Source of the DNA: an uncultured Alphaproteobacteria bacterium
GTDB taxonomy: Bacteria > Pseudomonadota > Alphaproteobacteria > Rhizobiales > Rhodomicrobiaceae
Reading direction: 5' to 3'
Length of the DNA: 64,000 nucleotides
Assembly: GCA_963767435.1 (NCBI GenBank)
Contig: CAVYEY010000029.1
Coordinates: 3,857 to 67,856, forward strand
Part shown: one piece after another, positions 20,682 to 31,956 of the stretch
How the letters are laid out: each line of letters opens with the position of its first letter
Position numbering within the stretch: position 1 is the first letter of the stretch
Program-made: the position numbers and the translations under genes
The notes under the pieces: generated by a model
What the model was told of the DNA's origin: nothing
What the model saw: only the letters and a program-made list of their open reading frames with translations
The model's database searches: none

Positions 20682-21483
20682 GGCTTCGCTCGCGGCTTAA
20701 GGGTTGGAATCGCGCGGCGAAGCGAAGCGGATGACTTCGCGATGTGTGCTCGCGCCGTTAAATCACGAATACGGTGATTGTCATCTGCGTTGAAATTCCC
20801 TTTCAAGCTGGGGGGCGCTTATACGATAAACGCGCGTGCGCTGGAAGAGGCCATTTGAAGCCGGCGAAATTGCGGCCTAGACCGGAAGGACAATGCCGGG
20901 AAGCGCCGCCTGCCGGAATTAGAAATGAAGTGCGATCAAGTTTCGCTGGATCGATGATATGGGCGTTCCATAGGTGTGGCTAAGCATTGCTCTAGCCGTT
21001 GTTCGCGGTACTGGATGCCGCGCTGCTCAATTTTGCGCTATCGGATCGTGTGCGAGAGACAATTCCGCAGGCGGGATTCATCGCAAGCCGCTACCGCATT
21101 GGTCTGCCATGAGTTTCCTGCTGCCTCGCAACGCAACCGAAGCTAGAGAAGATCGAACCCGCCCCGCTTGGGTGTGGATAAAGGTTAATACTTTGATCCT
21201 TCGCTGTTGCAAAAATATCAGGCAGCATATTGATAAAACGCAGAAAATTGCGATGTTTGTTTAGGTTGTGACCAAAAAGCTAGAACGCAGCCATAGGAAA
21301 TGTGATACAAGAACATCCTCCGTAAGGGTTGGCAGTGGCGCCGGTGTTGAAAAGCCGTTATCATTGCTGTTTCTTAGTCAGTCTGTTGCCTAAAAACCGC
21401 AGATTGTGCAGCGCTACCCTGTTAAGCTTTACGGTGAGTTGATTGGAAACCATGAACCGCGTAGAAGCATCGACGAAAGTCAA

Positions 21484-22305
21484 ATGCTAGCAAGAACTGT
21501 CATCCCTCTTGAGCAATCACCCGTCCTCCGGGTGCCTGAAGTTGGATGCGAGGTTGAGCTACGCCGGTCGTCGCGTGCAAAGCGGTTTTCACTCAAGGTC
21601 AGCCACACCGAGCGCTCCGCCATCCTGACATTGCCATTCCGCGGCCGCATCGAGGATGCCAACGCGTTTCTGGCCCGCCACGCGGACTGGCTCAAAAGGC
21701 AGCTTGAGCGCTTGCCGGAGCCCATTCCCTTCGCCGATGGCGCCGTCGTTCCTTTAAGAGGTACGTTCCACCGGCTCAAATTCGTAGGCGCGCAACGCAA
21801 CTGCGGCGTTGTATCGATCCAGCAATGCGGTTTTCAGCTGGCCGACATCCCAGGTTTCTCCGTGCTGCCCGGTTTCCCTGCCTCTTATTCCGTAGCTCCG
21901 GGCACCGTGCTACCGCAAATTCAAGTAAGCGGAGAACTGGATCACGCGGCGCGGCGCTTCTCGGATTGGCTTCGCAACGAAGTACGGAAAGACATCGCAG
22001 CCAGCGTAGCCAAACATGCCAAAGCGCTCGGCTGTAACCCCAAACGGATCGCGGTACGCGACCAAGCTACTCGATGGGGTTCCTGCTCGACAAGCGGTAC
22101 ACTTTCTTTCTCATGGCGGCTCATCTTTGCGCCGCCATTTGTTTTGGATTATGTCGCAGCGCATGAAGTTGCGCATATGCGCGAGATGAATCACAGTCCG
22201 CGTTTCTGGCGGCTCGTGAAAGATGCCGCCCCCATCACGCCGAAGGCCCGCACGTGGCTCAAGTCCCACGGCGCCGAACTTCACCGCTTCGGTAGCGATA
22301 ATTAA
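21484..22305 (+). CDS. M48-like/YgjP (DUF45) metal-dependent hydrolase
   Basis: RDQATRWGSCS, SFSWRLI and HEVAH (HExxH) followed by NHSPRFW. Confidence 0.88.
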   Translation: MLARTVIPLEQSPVLRVPEVGCEVELRRSSRAKRFSLKVSHTERSAILTLPFRGRIEDANAFLARHADWLKRQLERLPEPIPFADGAVVPLRGTFHRLKFVGAQRNCGVVSIQQCGFQLADIPGFSVLPGFPASYSVAPGTVLPQIQVSGELDHAARRFSDWLRNEVRKDIAASVAKHAKALGCNPKRIAVRDQATRWGSCSTSGTLSFSWRLIFAPPFVLDYVAAHEVAHMREMNHSPRFWRLVKDAAPITPKARTWLKSHGAELHRFGSDN

Positions 22306-22444
22306 TTCCCCCGCGAACAGCCCGGCGAAGCGTTGCTGGCGGCGCATCCGCAGCGAAATTCTTCCTACCCACAACTGCGCTCTCGCATAATCGCAGATTT
22401 TTTGGCACAATACATTTTAGTTGTGTGTCATTCCCCGGGCTACT

Positions 22445-23182
22445 GTGGACCAGAAAAGACGCTTTCCTGAGTTTTACGTGACCTCGCCACAGCCGTGTCC
22501 CTACCTACCGGGCCGGCAAGAGCGGAAAATATTCACCCATCTATCGCCGGAGAGGCCGCGCGCGCTTGTCGACAACCTGTTGAGGGGCGGGTTCCGGCGC
22601 AGCCAGAATATCGCCTACATGCCCTATTGCGACCACTGCGCGGCCTGCGTGCCGGTGCGGATCGTGGTCAACGAGTTCGAGCCCAAGCGCAGCCTCGCAA
22701 AAATCAGGAAGATGAACGCGGGGCTGGAGGCACGGCGCACGTCCTGCAAGCCCACAATCGAGCAGTATTCCCTGTTCCGCGCTTATATCGAGGCTCGGCA
22801 CTCCGAGGGCGGCATGGCGGATATGTCGCTGCTCGATTACTCGATGATGATTCAAGACAGCACGGTCGACACGCATCTAACGGAATACCGGCTTCCTGCT
22901 GTAGAGGGAGAGGATGGCGACGGGCAGCTCGTCGCCGCGGTTCTGTGCGACCGGCTGAGCGACGGCATTTCGCTTGTCTATAGTTTCTACGAGCCCGAGA
23001 TGCCCGACAGGGGACTTGGCAGCTACATTATCATGGAGCAGGTGGACTATGCGCGGTCGCGCGGCTTGCCCTATGTTTATCTCGGCTATTGGATCTCCGG
23101 CTCGCACAAGATGGCCTACAAGGCGCGTTTTGTACCGCAGGAGCACCTCACTTCGGCAGGCTGGGTCCGCCGTACCCGTTAG
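22445..23182 (+). CDS. bpt: Aspartate/glutamate leucyltransferase (ATE1-like, Bpt)
   Basis: PCPYLPGRQERK, GFRRSQNIAY, CxxCxAC and YVYLGYWI...KMAYK motifs. Confidence 0.88.
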   Translation: MDQKRRFPEFYVTSPQPCPYLPGRQERKIFTHLSPERPRALVDNLLRGGFRRSQNIAYMPYCDHCAACVPVRIVVNEFEPKRSLAKIRKMNAGLEARRTSCKPTIEQYSLFRAYIEARHSEGGMADMSLLDYSMMIQDSTVDTHLTEYRLPAVEGEDGDGQLVAAVLCDRLSDGISLVYSFYEPEMPDRGLGSYIIMEQVDYARSRGLPYVYLGYWISGSHKMAYKARFVPQEHLTSAGWVRRTR

Positions 23183-23200
23183 GCTAGGCCAGACGGCGCA

Positions 23201-23231
23201 TCCCGGAACGGTGTTTGGCACCGTTCCGGGA
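23201..23231. terminator. Hairpin between convergent genes
   Basis: 13-bp perfect stem TCCCGGAACGGTG/CACCGTTCCGGGA. Confidence 0.6.
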
Positions 23232-23261
23232 TAGAGGCGAAGCAACTGTGAATAGGGGGTA

Positions 23262-23720
23262 TTAGCGTGTGAAGCCAGCCTGGATGGGCTGCATCGAGGC
23301 GCGGCCGACCTTGTCGAGCATGTGGTCCCATTTGGCCGCAGTATTCGCCACGACCTTTTCCATGGCACCCTTCAGTTCGACCAGCATGGCACAGCGGCCA
23401 GCCTCGGTGCTGGCGTTGGCAGCGTCGAGGGATCGCACCTTGTTGAGGAGTGCCTGATTCGCCGCGTCCAGAGAGGCCGTGGTTTCGTCCTGTACCAGGG
23501 GAGAGGCATTTGCGAGATATTCGGCTTCCTGCCAATTGTTCCGCACCCGCAGTTTCTGCAGGTTTTCCTGGAAGGCTCCGGCGTTCTTTTCGTGAAGCCC
23601 GCTGATGGTGGCACTCGCCGAGGCTACAGCCTCGCGAAAAGCCGCGGGGTCGCATTGCTGAGCGAAAGCTGCCGGACAGGCAGCGAGCAGGACAAGGATA
23701 GCGAGAGCTCTCAGCACCAT
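23262..23720 (-). CDS. Hypothetical exported helical protein
   Basis: Signal peptide (AFA-Q), GGAG RBS. Confidence 0.65.
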   Translation of the reverse strand: MVLRALAILVLLAACPAAFAQQCDPAAFREAVASASATISGLHEKNAGAFQENLQKLRVRNNWQEAEYLANASPLVQDETTASLDAANQALLNKVRSLDAANASTEAGRCAMLVELKGAMEKVVANTAAKWDHMLDKVGRASMQPIQAGFTR

Positions 23721-23920
23721 AAGCCGCTAGAAATCTCCGTTTGAAAATTAACGCCAGTTAATATGGCCGTCCTGGTGCAAAATTATGGCAACCAGCCCGG
23801 GTGTGGAAATGGGCTGTTCAACTAATATTACAGCACACGCGAAACGTAAACTCTGCTGTGCCGCCAACAAGAAAATGGCCGGAACGAGCCCGGCCATCGC
23901 ATTCGATCCGCTGTACTCAG

Positions 23921-24751
23921 CTACCAGGAGAAATTGAACTTATAGGCGGCGCCCAAGCCGGCCTGGAACTGATCCGCCGAGCCCTTCTGCTGAACGAGCG
24001 GGCTGTTCGAAGCATCGCCCAGGAGCCGGTCCCATTCCGCGAAGGCGCGAAGCGAGAAGTTCTCCGTCAGGTAGTAACGGGCGGTCGCATCGACGCCGGC
24101 GTAATTGAGGCCGCCTCCCGCATTGTAAACGTTCAGGCCGGACACCCCAAACTCGGCTGTGTTGATCGAATAGAACGCGGAAGCAAATTTGTTGTCCACG
24201 ATCTGCAACCTCGGTCCGGCCGTGAACATCCACTGCGGAGCGGGCTTGTAGATGAAGTCGGCCATGAGGTTCGCTTCGAAGCCTTCCGCGCCGGTCACGC
24301 CTTGCAGCACTTCAACGCGCGTCCTCAGGAACGGCGCGGGGTAGTATTCTGCAAACGCGCCAAGTTCGAGCGTGTAATTGATATCGTGCATGCCCTTGAG
24401 CGCGTCCGGGGCATCGCTCTGCTGGCGATGGTTCAAATAGTCGCCAGCAGCGCCGATACGGAAGTTGTTCGTGCTGTAAAGCGAAACGCTGAAGGCGTCG
24501 TTGGGAAGGGCCAGCCATTCCTTGTCGCCCGCCCGATGGATGTCGATGATCGGCCGGCCGGTAAAGACGTCGTCCTTGGAGCCCGGGAATGCCGGCTCAA
24601 CCACGCCATAGCCGCCTATCGTGACGACCCAATAGTTGCCCGGCGCGTCCTTATAGGATACGGGGCCGCCCGAAAGGTCGGCAGCGAACGCGCTTCCCGC
24701 GCCAAAACCAAGAACCGCCGCAACACACGCAACTCTGTTTAAACCAAGCAT
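23921..24751 (-). CDS. MipA/OmpV family outer-membrane protein
   Basis: P.FPGS, ELGAFAEYY, RLLGDASNSPLV and QFQAGLGAAYKF motifs. Confidence 0.85.
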   Translation of the reverse strand: MLGLNRVACVAAVLGFGAGSAFAADLSGGPVSYKDAPGNYWVVTIGGYGVVEPAFPGSKDDVFTGRPIIDIHRAGDKEWLALPNDAFSVSLYSTNNFRIGAAGDYLNHRQQSDAPDALKGMHDINYTLELGAFAEYYPAPFLRTRVEVLQGVTGAEGFEANLMADFIYKPAPQWMFTAGPRLQIVDNKFASAFYSINTAEFGVSGLNVYNAGGGLNYAGVDATARYYLTENFSLRAFAEWDRLLGDASNSPLVQQKGSADQFQAGLGAAYKFNFSW

Positions 24752-24905
24752 CGGTGTGCCCCCTGCTCGAAAATTCATTCCGCCAGATGTATTCTCGGGC
24801 ACATTGCCCCAAACCCCCTAATCTGGCGTGTCTTTTTTTGCTTGGCTGTGCAGAAATGCGGCAGAAGTTGCACTTCGGCACCGTGGCAGGCGGGCGCCAA
24901 ACAAC

Positions 24906-25724
24906 CTATGGTTGAACAGCAAACTTGTAGGCGCCGCCGATGCCCGCTACGAACTGCTCCGTCGCGCCCCTCTGGCTTACGCGCGGGTTGTCAGCCGCAT
25001 CGCCCGCAAGTTCGTTGACGTCGAAAAAGAACTTCGAGGAGAGGCGGCGGGTCCAGTCGTATTTGGCCGTCAGTTCCGCACCGGCGGACAAAATCCCACC
25101 TTCCGCGCTGAACGGGACATAAACCCCGGTCTTCTTGGCATTCTCCGTGGCGAAGTAATTGGAGGCATATTCGGCATTGGCGATCTGAAGCCTGGGGCCT
25201 GCCGTCAGCGTCCAGGCGCGGTCAGGGTGCCAGATGTAGTCGGCGGACAGGTTCGCGGCCAAGCCGGTATTGCCAGTAACCCCTTGCAGCACCTCGGCGC
25301 GCGTCCGTATGAAGGAAGCGGGGTAAAACTCGGCGAACGCTCCCCCGGCCAGATCGACTTCGGCTTTCCCGAGACGCAAATCGATATCCTGGCCGTGATA
25401 GGCGCTTTGCAGCGACAAGGCGCCAGCCGGGCCGGCGCGGAAGTTGGGCGTCTCGTAAACGGCGTAGCCCATGGCATCGTTCGGGAAGGTGAGCCACTCC
25501 TTGCTGCCAGCCTGCCAGATGTCGATCTGCGGCTTGAAACCCAGCGTATAATGTTTCGAGCCCTCGTAGATTGGCTCCAGCACGCCATAGCCGCCGAAGT
25601 CCACGATCCAGGCCGATGGCGGTGCATTCTCCACTGAGGTGACGTCAAGCGCGCGCGCACCGCTTGCCGCGCAGACTACTGCGCCAAGCAGGACTACAAC
25701 CTTGGTGGGCGACACGCAAAGCAT
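24906..25724 (-). CDS. MipA/OmpV family outer-membrane protein (paralog)
   Basis: EPIYEGSK, GAFAEFYP, EVLQGVTG, LAGDAADNP and GGAYKF; visibly paralogous to its neighbour. Confidence 0.85.
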   Translation of the reverse strand: MLCVSPTKVVVLLGAVVCAASGARALDVTSVENAPPSAWIVDFGGYGVLEPIYEGSKHYTLGFKPQIDIWQAGSKEWLTFPNDAMGYAVYETPNFRAGPAGALSLQSAYHGQDIDLRLGKAEVDLAGGAFAEFYPASFIRTRAEVLQGVTGNTGLAANLSADYIWHPDRAWTLTAGPRLQIANAEYASNYFATENAKKTGVYVPFSAEGGILSAGAELTAKYDWTRRLSSKFFFDVNELAGDAADNPRVSQRGATEQFVAGIGGAYKFAVQP

Positions 25725-25840
25725 ACAATCAACTTCCTCTTGCGGTTCATAAACTTAACCGCAACGAACGGCGAGACCTACCCCAATCTTGTATTTTTGC
25801 GTGTCATTTTCAAGCGTGGCAATTCTTCCATAGCCTGGGC

Positions 25841-28090
25841 TCAGGTTTCCTCGAAGCCGGTAAGGCCGAAGCGGTTATTCTTGGGCAACCCTTTGGCGGC
25901 GCTGCCGGCCTGCGCACGCGAGCCCTTGTATTCGCCGATATCGCTCAAGGTCCAGACGCGGCTCGACGGATCGCCTACGCGCAGGCCGTTGGCGCTGTCG
26001 AATACCTGCACGTCCGCGAGCCCGCCGTCCCGGTACTTCTGGAGCCGGACGCCGCGTCCGCGCGTCATCTCGTTCACTTCTGACAGCGGGAAGACAAGCA
26101 AGCGCCGGTTTTCGCCCAGCACGGCCACGCTATCGCCCGCCACGGGCCGGCATAGCACCGCACGCTCGCCTTCGGAGAGGTTCAGGATCTGCTTGCCCTT
26201 GCGGGTCTGGGCCACGACCTCGTCCTCGGTCACGATGAAGCCGTTGCCAGTGCTGGAGGCGACCAGCAGCTTGCGGCCGGGCTTATATACGAAGCCTTCG
26301 AGGATCTCGTCGGTCTCGTCGAGGTCGATCATCAGACGCACGGGCTCGCCCTGGCCGCGTCCGCCCGGCAGTTCGTTCACATCGAGGGTGTAGAATTTGC
26401 CGTTGGTGGCGAACAGCACAAGCTTGCCGGTGGTCTGGGCTTTGACCGCGTATTTGAGGCTGTCGTCAGTCTTGAAGGTGACTTTGGAGAGATCCGCGTC
26501 GTGGCCTTTCAGCGCGCGTATCCAGCCCTTCTCCGACAGCACGATGGTGACGGGCTCCTTCTCGATCAGCGCCTCCTCGATGGAAACGTCGATCTGGGGC
26601 AGCGCCGCCGTGTTGGTCTTGCGCTTGCCGAGCGGGGTGGACTTGCCGAACTGCTTCTTGATCTCCCTGATCTCGCTGGAGATTTTATCCCACTGCTTGG
26701 CGTCGTCGCCCAAGAGGTCGAGCAGGCCCTGGCGTTCCTGGCTGAGCTGACTGTGCTCGGTCTTGATCTCCATCTCCTCAAGCTTGCGCAGCGAACGCAG
26801 GCGCATGTTGAGGATCGCTTCGGCCTGCACATCCGTGAGGTTGAAGCGCGACATCAGCACGGCCTTGGGCTCGTCCTCGCTGCGGATGATGCGAATCACC
26901 TCGTCGAGGTTGAGGTAGGCGATCAGGAAGCCGTCCAGCACTTCCAGGCGGTGCTCGATCTGCTTGAGCCGGTGCTCGGAGCGGCGGCGCAGCACCACTT
27001 TGCGGTGGTCGAGCCATTCCAGCAGCACTTGGTTCAGGCCCATCACCAGCGGGATCTGCCCCTTGCTGAGCACCGTCATGTTGAGGGGAACGCGTACCTC
27101 TAGCTCGGACAGCTTGAAGAGCTGCTCCATCAGCAGTGCCGGATCGACGTTGCGCGATTTCGGCTCGATGACGATGCGGATGTCTTCGGCCGATTCGTCG
27201 TCCACGTCGTTGAGCAGCGGCAGCTTCTTGGCAGCCAGGAGTTCGGCGAGCTTTTCGATCAGCCGGGACTTCTGCACACCGTAGGGGATTTGGGTGACGA
27301 TGATCTGATAGGTGCCGCGGCCGGTTTCCTCGGTGTGCCAGCACGAGCGCAGGCGGAAGGAGCCGCGGCCCGTCTTGTACGCCTCCACGAACGCGGTCTG
27401 GTCGTCCACCAGCGTACCGCCTGTGGGGAAATCCGGGCCGGGCAGGTAGGAGAGTAGCGTTTCGACGCTTGCCTTGGGGGAGCGGATCAGGTGCAAGGCG
27501 GCGTCGCAGACTTCCTCGACGTTGTGCGGCGGGATGCTGGTCGCCATGCCGACCGCGATGCCCGACGAACCATTCGCGAGTAGGTTCGGGAAGGCTGCCG
27601 GCAGGACTACCGGCTCTTCTTCTTCGCCGTCGTAGGTTTCGCGGAAATCCACCGTGTCCTGGTCGATGCCGTCGAGCAGCGCCGCCGCGATGGCCGTCAT
27701 GCGCGCTTCGGTGTAGCGCATCGCCGCCGCGTTATCGCCGTCGATATTGCCGAAATTGCCCTGGCCGTCGACCAGCGGGTAGCGCTGGGCGAAGCTCTGC
27801 GCGAGGCGCACAAGGGCGTCGTAGACCGACTGGTCGCCATGCGGGTGGTATTTGCCGATGACGTCGCCGACCACGCGCGCGCATTTCTTGAAGCCCGTGC
27901 CGGGGTCGAGCTTGAGCTGGCGCATGGCGTAGAGCACGCGCCGGTGCACGGGCTTGAGGCCGTCGCGCACGTCGGGTAGTGCGCGCGCCGTGATGGTGGA
28001 AAGGGCGTAAGCGAGGTAGCGCTCTTCGAGCGCGTCCTTCAGCTTGATGGGCTCCACGGGCGGAGGGAGGAGAATCGTTTCGTCTGCCAT
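25841..28090 (-). CDS. parC: DNA topoisomerase IV subunit A
   Basis: [40 protein letters not shown]; 749 aa with a short C-terminal domain and no GyrA box. Confidence 0.96.
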   Translation of the reverse strand: MADETILLPPPVEPIKLKDALEERYLAYALSTITARALPDVRDGLKPVHRRVLYAMRQLKLDPGTGFKKCARVVGDVIGKYHPHGDQSVYDALVRLAQSFAQRYPLVDGQGNFGNIDGDNAAAMRYTEARMTAIAAALLDGIDQDTVDFRETYDGEEEEPVVLPAAFPNLLANGSSGIAVGMATSIPPHNVEEVCDAALHLIRSPKASVETLLSYLPGPDFPTGGTLVDDQTAFVEAYKTGRGSFRLRSCWHTEETGRGTYQIIVTQIPYGVQKSRLIEKLAELLAAKKLPLLNDVDDESAEDIRIVIEPKSRNVDPALLMEQLFKLSELEVRVPLNMTVLSKGQIPLVMGLNQVLLEWLDHRKVVLRRRSEHRLKQIEHRLEVLDGFLIAYLNLDEVIRIIRSEDEPKAVLMSRFNLTDVQAEAILNMRLRSLRKLEEMEIKTEHSQLSQERQGLLDLLGDDAKQWDKISSEIREIKKQFGKSTPLGKRKTNTAALPQIDVSIEEALIEKEPVTIVLSEKGWIRALKGHDADLSKVTFKTDDSLKYAVKAQTTGKLVLFATNGKFYTLDVNELPGGRGQGEPVRLMIDLDETDEILEGFVYKPGRKLLVASSTGNGFIVTEDEVVAQTRKGKQILNLSEGERAVLCRPVAGDSVAVLGENRRLLVFPLSEVNEMTRGRGVRLQKYRDGGLADVQVFDSANGLRVGDPSSRVWTLSDIGEYKGSRAQAGSAAKGLPKNNRFGLTGFEET

Positions 28091-28138
28091 GAGGTATGGG
28101 TAGCGCGGTGCGGGCGGCTCGCCAAGATGTAACCCGCG

Positions 28139-31100
28139 CTATTGAACATCTTCCTTCGGCAAGGACAGCAATTCGCGAACCCCCTCGTCAATCTGCTGGG
28201 AGATCCCAACTTCAGCAAGTGCCTCCCTCACAAGCTTGCGGGCGCGTTGAAATTTCACGCTCTCTTCAAATGCGACGGACGCCGCGACTACTTCGGCTCG
28301 TACCGCTAAGTCGGCAAGCCTTTCGTGAAGTTCGTCCGAAGTATCGAAGCGCGGAATGGGGAGAGTGAACATGACCTTGTCAAAGTGCCTTGGGCCAAAC
28401 TGCCCGACTGCCTGCAGTTTGGCAACAGCTTGCCGCCCCGCATCACTGTTCAAAATTGCAGCCAAATATCGAGCCTCCTCCAGACCTTCGGGCGCGAACC
28501 AGTAAAGTGCGTGCTCAACGACAGCCCTATCATCTTGGATTACGCAAGCAGCGGGCAATGTACCGGAGGCTGCATACAGAACACGAAGAGGCGAAATGGG
28601 GAATTGAGCGCCGAGTTCGTTATGGTAGTTCCAGCGCTGCACTAAAGTTAGATCGCTATAAGCAGATTCATTCCATAGCCTCTCAGCAGCCTGCATCCAG
28701 CCGATGATGCCGCGGAATCCCCTATCCGCCGCCTTTTTTGCGTCCAGTACCGAGCCATCACCATTCACGGGAATCACTCCCTCGAATGGCTTGAATACAC
28801 GGTACGGCACGATGCTCTCGCCAAGCAACACGGTGCGCAAGAACTCCGCCTCGACCCGATGCTCAATGGCCGCAAGCGAATTCCACGGCTCTTTCTCTTG
28901 AGCAGATCGTCTGCTTTGAACCATGGGCATCGAGGGATCGGCGCCAAGCTTCCCCATCGTTTTCCGCTCGACAAGGCACAGCATGCGCGGCACGAGCGTA
29001 GCGCCCTGCCTGAAGGCTTGCCTATAGGGAGAACCCGCGCCGAACTGTGCAGTTGAGGGCGCCGGGCCGCCTTCGCTCACGGCCAACTTCGAATCGGCCA
29101 CGTCTTCATGAGCGTCGCGAACGGGCAACATTCCAGTATAGGCGCGCACCGTTGACGGAACTGGCTCCGCCTTGCCGCGTTTCTTTGCGAAGACCACGCA
29201 AGATGGAACGGGGAACAATGGGAACAAGCGGTCATCCATCGTCCAGGCTTCGTCGAAAGCGATTTTGACGTTCTTGAACTCGCCGGTGCGGAATTTTTCG
29301 AATTGGCCGCGCGTCAGAGCGGCCATGGGCAGAACGAAAGCAATACGCCCGGCGGGCCTCGAATAGAGCGCGGCTGTTCTTATCGCAAAGAGCGCGCAAA
29401 GATCGTTCTGGGTGGCGAAGCGCCCGCCCACATACACATCCTCTGCTTTCGACAGTTCCTTGAACCGCGTTTGCAACGGATCGCTCATATGCCGCAAAGC
29501 GACCCAGGGCGGATTGCCGATTAGCACATTGACCCGGCCTCCGCGCGCGGAAAAGGCAAGCGGACGGGAAAGGTTTCGCGCCACGTAGGACCAGATCGAA
29601 TCGCGGCCAATTTTCCGCAGCTCGTCGTAAACAAGGTAGGTTTTGCCCAGGTCTTCGATTCCCAGGTTTTCTTCGTCCGTCGTAGGGCGGTGGTAATGCT
29701 GCGTCGTGACGCGATGAATTGTCTTTTCGACTTGCTGGCGCGACAACCCTTGTTGAGACGCCTCGTCGATAGCGAAAATCACCTTGTCGAATAGGGGCGG
29801 CTCTTTACAGAACACCTCTGGAAATTCCAGGGTGGCCGGCCCGAAGTCTGGCGGCAAAGGGGGAACGGTGACGGTCAGCTTCTTGCCGGTGAAGAACTGC
29901 GTCACTTCCAGTTGCAGCGCGTCGCCGAGGTAAACGGGGATGGAAATCGGTCCTCCCCGGTTCGAAAGCGCCGGGGCCAACGCAAGCAAATAGGTGACAC
30001 GCGCGATGATGACTGCGACGGGATGGATGTCCATGCCCTGAACGTGCTGTGTCGCTTCGTGGGCAACATCTCCCAGCGCCATCCCCGAACCATCAGCCTC
30101 GCTTAAGTGCAGGCGCACCGCGTGGAAAAGGAAACTTCCCGAGCCGCAGGCCGGATCGAGCACCAGTTCTTCCAGGGGGCGTTTGACCGAGTGCTTAACC
30201 ACTTTCGCGGCGAGCCAATCGGGTGTGTAATACTCGCCAAGATCGTGCCGTTCGCCGGGATCAATCAGGCTTTCATATAGCACCTTAAGAACGTCGGACT
30301 CGACCTCGCGCAGCCTGAACCGTCCCACATGCACAGCGATTCGCCTGATAAGGTCCTGCCCCTCTGGATCGGCGAGCGGCCAGTCGAAAAAATCGCTTTC
30401 CACGGCGCCCTGGATGTTCGCGTCCCGGAATGCGGCGCCAGAGAGAAGCCGCACAGGATCGTCATCTCTCAAGCCTAGAACGGCCTGCGCGATTGCCTTG
30501 GCGACAATGACCAGAAAAGTATGCTGAAACCAAAGGGTGTCCGCTTCGATAGAGCGTCCATACACGAGCGACAGCAATTGCTGCCACAACTGACGCTTCA
30601 GCGCCGTCGCGGGTTCGTCCTTGATGCGAAGCCAGATAGCGGAAAGCTTGTCATGGGCCCGGCGGTAGGCGACACTCTCCTTGCCAAGCTCAAGTTTGAC
30701 GGTGAGCGGGTCCGGCGGCAAAGAGGCCCGTAAAGCTATCGCGCCGTCAAGCCACGCAAGGAATTGCTCGGCCTTGGCGGGGTCTAGGGTTGTCTCCTTG
30801 ATCTTCTGCAGTTGGGCATTTTGCCGTTCGAAAACCACCCACTTAAGGCCGTCGCTTGCGATGCCAACGAAGCGCTCGCCCGTTTCGCGCTCGCGGTCTG
30901 CAAGGTAGTCCGGCATGCGCCGTTCAACATCGCCCCACTCTGTTGTCAGGTTGCGCTTAGCCTCCAGGACTGTGCGCCCAATGAGCGCGTCCAGTCTCCC
31001 GCTCACTTCAGGCACGCGTTGCTCAAAATGCAGGGAGTGTAGATCGGCCCCGAATTCCTCGATAAGGAGCTGACGGAAATCGGCCTTTACCTCGTCATGG

Positions 31101-31153
31101 CCCGGTCGCGTGGCGAGGTGCGCTAGAAGTTCCTGTATGCGTTGTTTCGTCAT
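28139..31153 (-). CDS. Fused type IIG/IIL-like restriction-modification enzyme (N6-adenine methyltransferase)
   Basis: N-terminal PD-(D/E)xK nuclease (RLDALIGRTVLEAKR), GEYYTPDW, LDPACGSGSF, motif IV GNPPW and a C-terminal target-recognition region; codon usage differs from the flanks. Confidence 0.85.
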   Translation of the reverse strand: MTKQRIQELLAHLATRPGHDEVKADFRQLLIEEFGADLHSLHFEQRVPEVSGRLDALIGRTVLEAKRNLTTEWGDVERRMPDYLADRERETGERFVGIASDGLKWVVFERQNAQLQKIKETTLDPAKAEQFLAWLDGAIALRASLPPDPLTVKLELGKESVAYRRAHDKLSAIWLRIKDEPATALKRQLWQQLLSLVYGRSIEADTLWFQHTFLVIVAKAIAQAVLGLRDDDPVRLLSGAAFRDANIQGAVESDFFDWPLADPEGQDLIRRIAVHVGRFRLREVESDVLKVLYESLIDPGERHDLGEYYTPDWLAAKVVKHSVKRPLEELVLDPACGSGSFLFHAVRLHLSEADGSGMALGDVAHEATQHVQGMDIHPVAVIIARVTYLLALAPALSNRGGPISIPVYLGDALQLEVTQFFTGKKLTVTVPPLPPDFGPATLEFPEVFCKEPPLFDKVIFAIDEASQQGLSRQQVEKTIHRVTTQHYHRPTTDEENLGIEDLGKTYLVYDELRKIGRDSIWSYVARNLSRPLAFSARGGRVNVLIGNPPWVALRHMSDPLQTRFKELSKAEDVYVGGRFATQNDLCALFAIRTAALYSRPAGRIAFVLPMAALTRGQFEKFRTGEFKNVKIAFDEAWTMDDRLFPLFPVPSCVVFAKKRGKAEPVPSTVRAYTGMLPVRDAHEDVADSKLAVSEGGPAPSTAQFGAGSPYRQAFRQGATLVPRMLCLVERKTMGKLGADPSMPMVQSRRSAQEKEPWNSLAAIEHRVEAEFLRTVLLGESIVPYRVFKPFEGVIPVNGDGSVLDAKKAADRGFRGIIGWMQAAERLWNESAYSDLTLVQRWNYHNELGAQFPISPLRVLYAASGTLPAACVIQDDRAVVEHALYWFAPEGLEEARYLAAILNSDAGRQAVAKLQAVGQFGPRHFDKVMFTLPIPRFDTSDELHERLADLAVRAEVVAASVAFEESVKFQRARKLVREALAEVGISQQIDEGVRELLSLPKEDVQ

Positions 31154-31272
31154 TGGCGCCTAGGGCTTGGGCGAATGATGGAATGGGTGTAAACGAGGTC
31201 GCGCCGTTCCAGCGCGTCCTTAAGCTTAACGGGCTTCGCAAACCTGGGAAGGAGAATCGTTTCGTCTGCCAT
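31150..31272 (-). pseudogene. Degenerate duplicate of the parC 5' end (40-codon ORF)
   Basis: Translates [28 protein letters not shown]... versus Par[29 protein letters not shown]; 23 bp identical (31250-31272 vs 28068-28090). Confidence 0.85.
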
Positions 31273-31590
31273 CCTCTATCGGTAGTGCGCCGCCGCCTGG
31301 ACCTCAAGAGGCATGGAGTTTTCATTGAGACCTCATGTGGGAAGATTCGGAGCGCCGCGAAAGACCGCTTCGCGCCGAAGCAGGGCATGCTTTCCTTCGA
31401 AAACGAATTCCGGGAGATGAAGCTGGTGTTCTTGGCCAGAGACGAGCTTGCGGAGACGGTTGCCGTCATGCGCGTGCTCCAATCCGCGGTCGAGGGCGGG
31501 AGGAAGGTTTCGCTGCGCAGCGGGGGTAGCTATTGGCCAAGCATAGCTTGTGTTAAAATAAGGTTTACGCCCATAGGCGGCGCGGCATGG

Positions 31591-31797
31591 TTAATGCAAA
31601 CGTGGTTAATGCCAAATCATGAGTCGCAAAACAGGCCGTATTCTGGCAAAAATTCCCTGTTTTAGGTCGATTTTTGGCTTTAAAAACTACGGTTAAATAT
31701 AATTGCAGATCGTTCGTTAACGGCGAAACGGTGCATTTTTCGGACTGCCGGCGCGCATGCGCACCGGAAAATGTCGCGCAGTATCAATCGCTTAACC
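31591..31797 (+). repeat. Divergent third member (copy C) of the IHF-site repeat family
   Basis: Shares GTGGTTAA and the 18-mer AAAACTACGGTTAAATAT (31683-31700 = 57555-57572) at the same ~80-bp spacing, and has an IHF consensus at 31782-31794. Confidence 0.55.
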
Positions 31798-31956
31798 TGC
31801 CGGGTAAGTTTCCGGAAAGGAGTCCGTGCTATACTTCTCTCCATAATTGATAGGGGACAATCGAGCCAAATTGCCCCAGAATGGAGTAAAGTATGGTTAG
31901 GAAAGCTTTAACAAGCGCGCCGATTTTCTTCAAATGCCGGGCGCGCATTCGCAAAG

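Noticed and set aside
31153-31665. 170-aa plus-strand ORF
   Set aside because: It overlaps the parC scar and repeat copy C; only a short central stretch looks coding and I cannot assign it.
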